A program made the position numbers and the translations under genes. From Candidatus Bipolaricaulota bacterium (lineage in GTDB: Bacteria; Patescibacteriota; Patescibacteriia; UBA11705; DATKZF01): a DNA stretch of 64,000 nucleotides. The notes beneath the pieces were generated by a model. It worked only from the letters and a program-made list of their open reading frames with translations, did no database searches and had not been told where the DNA came from. The stretch spans positions 423,089-487,088 of the forward strand of contig DATKZF010000003.1 of assembly GCA_035528115.1 (NCBI GenBank), given 5' to 3'. Shown here in pieces: positions 61,603 through 64,000 of this stretch; the stretch's first letter is position 1; each line of letters opens with the position of its first letter.

Positions 61603-61694
61603 TTTTTGTTATTTACCGCCTAAAATGCTCGATTTGAATCCAAAGTATTAGTTTGCATTAGCTAAAAAACCTCAATACCTCCCGCCAAAAACAT
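61603..61694 (+). repeat. 92-bp direct repeat, copy 2
   Basis: About 89% identical to 60367-60458. Confidence 0.92.
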
Positions 61695-61790
61695 TTGTCA
61701 AATTTTTTGTGGATAAGGTGGGAGTTGGCGATCGGAGGAGGGCGGAAATTAGTCTAAATTTAGCTAAATGCAGTGGCCTGCGCCTTGCCC

Positions 61791-61819
61791 TTGACAATAC
61801 CCGCGGGGATTGATATTAT
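61791..61819 (+). promoter_or_regulatory. Probable rpoB promoter
   Basis: TTGACA-17-TATTAT with extended TG. Confidence 0.7.
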
Positions 61820-61952
61820 ATGAATACGTTTAAACCCGCCTGGAGCCTTATTTTAGGCAAAAAAGTAATCTTATTATGGCGGAGAGCCACTCATATACAA
61901 CAATTAAATTTTAAATTAACAAACTCGTTCCATGGGGAAGGGGAATATTTTT

Positions 61953-64000
61953 ATGTCTAAAAAACTAAATACCATGTCAGGCCGAAAGTTCTTCACCGCT
62001 CCTTACAGGTATGAAATGCCGGATTTGATTGACATTCAGAAAAATTCTTACAACTGGTTTGTTCGAGAAGGACTCAAAGAGTTGTTCGGCGAATTGTCTC
62101 CCATCCAAGATGTTTCCGGCAAACAGCTTGAACTTTCCTTTGAAGATTATTATTTGGACGAGCCCAAGTTCGACGAGACCACCAGCAGAGATAAAAATAT
62201 CACCTATGAAGCGCCGTTGAGAGTTAAGGTCAAACTGGAAAATAAAAAGAACGGCACCAAAGAAGATCAGGAAATATTTTTGGGCGATTTTCCGATGATG
62301 ACCGATCGAGGAACTTTCGTCATCAATGGAATTGAGCGCGCCATAGTTTCGCAGATTATCAGATCATCGGGCGTGTTTTTTACTTCCAATTTTCTGCGCG
62401 AAAAAAATAAAACATTTTACGGAGCGAAAATAATTCCGAACAGAGGCGCTTGGCTGGAATTCGAGACTGACACCAATAACGTGATTTGGGTCAAGATCGA
62501 TCGAAAGAGAAAAGTGGCGGCCACGGCATTGCTTCGAGCTTTCGGCGTGGGGACCGATCAAGAGATTTTGAATTTGACCAAAGACGTCGAAACTCATCCT
62601 GATATCAATTACACCCAATCGACGATCGACAAAGACGCGTCTCGAACGATCGAAGAAGGCTTGATCGAAGTTTATAAAAGAATAAGGCCGGGCGATCTGG
62701 CCACTGCCGATAACGCCAAGTCGCTTATCTACGCCATGTTTTTCAATTTCAGCAGATATGATTTCGGCAAAGTCGGTCGATATAAATTAAATCAAAGATT
62801 CAACGAGCAATTGGAAAACATTGATGTCAATAGAATTTTGCGCATCGAAGACGTGGCTAACGTGATTAAAGAAATCATCAGATTGAATGTTACCCAGCAA
62901 GAAGCCGATGATATCGATCATTTGGGCAATCGAAGAATCAGGGCCATTGGCGAATTGATTCAAAATAAATTCAGAATAGGTTTGGCTCGCATGGAAAGAA
63001 TCGTCAAAGACAGAATGACCACCATGGATCCGACCATTATGACCCCGGCGAAATTAATCAACGCGCGGCCGGTCATCGGCGTGGTCAAGGAATTTTTCAT
63101 GTCTTCGCAATTGTCGCAATTCATGGATCAGACCAATCCCTTGTCCGAGCTGGAGCATAAGAGAAGAATCTCGGCCATGGGACCGGGCGGACTCTCTCGA
63201 GAACGCGCGGGCTTTGAAGTTCGCGACGTTCACACCACTCACTATGGCAGAATCTGTCCGATCGCCACGCCTGAAGGTCCGAACATCGGACTGGTGGGCC
63301 ATTTGGCCAGCTATGCCAAGGTTAATGAATACGGATTTATTGAAACGCCGTTTTTTAAAGTTGAACATATTATAAAGAAGGATTTGAAAGACCCGGAAAC
63401 CAAAGCCGTATTATTCAAAAAAGGACAGTCCGTGCTGGGCGCGGAATTGGAAAAAATAAGTTTGGATCCGGATGAAATTCTGGAAAAAGTGGAAAGCAGA
63501 TTAAGCGATGAAGTCATTTACTTGAACGCTTTGAAGGAAGAAAAAGCCATTACCACTTCGGCCACCATACCGGTCGATGACAAAGGCGTGTTTTTGAAAA
63601 AAAGAGCGAATGTCCGAAAATACGGACATCCGGAAGTGTCATATACTTACTTAATAGATTACGTGGACGTGGCGCCCAATCAGATCGTCAGCGTGGCCAC
63701 CTCATTGATTCCTTTCTTGGAACACGATGACGCGGTGCGCGCTTTGATGGGCACGAACATGCAACGTCAAGCGGTGCCCACGGTGGTGCCGCAGTCTCCG
63801 GTGGTTGGCACGGGAGTCGAAGAAAAAGCCGCTCGCGATTCCGGCCATTTGGCCATTGCCGAAAAAGACGGCACAGTCGTGGGTCTCGATTCATCGAAAA
63901 TAGAAGTTTTGGAAAAGGACGGCAACATCAGACTTTATCGATTGAAAAAATTCGTCTGTTCCAACGCTTCGACTTCAATCAATCAGCGCCCCATCATCAA
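61953..64000 (+). CDS. rpoB: RNA polymerase beta subunit (runs off right edge; missing from ORF track)
   Basis: Manual translation: PDLIDIQK.SY, GTFVINGIER, DDIDHLGNRR, SQLSQFMDQTNPLSEL.HKRR, PEGPNIGL, RALMGTNMQRQAVP. Confidence 0.98.
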   Translation, partial: MSKKLNTMSGRKFFTAPYRYEMPDLIDIQKNSYNWFVREGLKELFGELSPIQDVSGKQLELSFEDYYLDEPKFDETTSRDKNITYEAPLRVKVKLENKKNGTKEDQEIFLGDFPMMTDRGTFVINGIERAIVSQIIRSSGVFFTSNFLREKNKTFYGAKIIPNRGAWLEFETDTNNVIWVKIDRKRKVAATALLRAFGVGTDQEILNLTKDVETHPDINYTQSTIDKDASRTIEEGLIEVYKRIRPGDLATADNAKSLIYAMFFNFSRYDFGKVGRYKLNQRFNEQLENIDVNRILRIEDVANVIKEIIRLNVTQQEADDIDHLGNRRIRAIGELIQNKFRIGLARMERIVKDRMTTMDPTIMTPAKLINARPVIGVVKEFFMSSQLSQFMDQTNPLSELEHKRRISAMGPGGLSRERAGFEVRDVHTTHYGRICPIATPEGPNIGLVGHLASYAKVNEYGFIETPFFKVEHIIKKDLKDPETKAVLFKKGQSVLGAELEKISLDPDEILEKVESRLSDEVIYLNALKEEKAITTSATIPVDDKGVFLKKRANVRKYGHPEVSYTYLIDYVDVAPNQIVSVATSLIPFLEHDDAVRALMGTNMQRQAVPTVVPQSPVVGTGVEEKAARDSGHLAIAEKDGTVVGLDSSKIEVLEKDGNIRLYRLKKFVCSNASTSINQRPII

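Overview
Chromosomal segment of a reduced-genome bacterium, most likely Patescibacteria/CPR. This is inferred from protein style, AT-rich Shine-Dalgarno-less starts, the EF-P QQR loop and CPR-type hypotheticals. It is mostly core genes: nfo, tig, ymdB, HU, clpP, ftsK, recA, tsaD/E, pilB, ychF, a CsoR/CopA copper operon, groESL, yidC, nusA, rpsF-ssb-rpsR-efp, msrB, tRNA-Glu, rpmF, hppA, rny, rpsA, gyrA, rbfA, murE and the 5' part of rpoB. Accessory DNA lies at about 39.5-42.5 kb and 52.7-61.7 kb (type IIG RM fusion, HNH-like protein, RhuM-Fic). The notable non-coding structure has three parts. (i) Cargo genes are stacked between diverged direct repeats of host sequence (three murE 3' ends, a duplicated promoter+terminator pair, a 92-bp repeat), with no integrase in the window. 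(ii) Two promoter-driven, highly structured non-coding RNA candidates and a tandem leader motif surround clpP. (iii) Families of tiny palindromic elements insert into, and nest within, other intergenic repeats. All assignments are by eye; no database searches were run.
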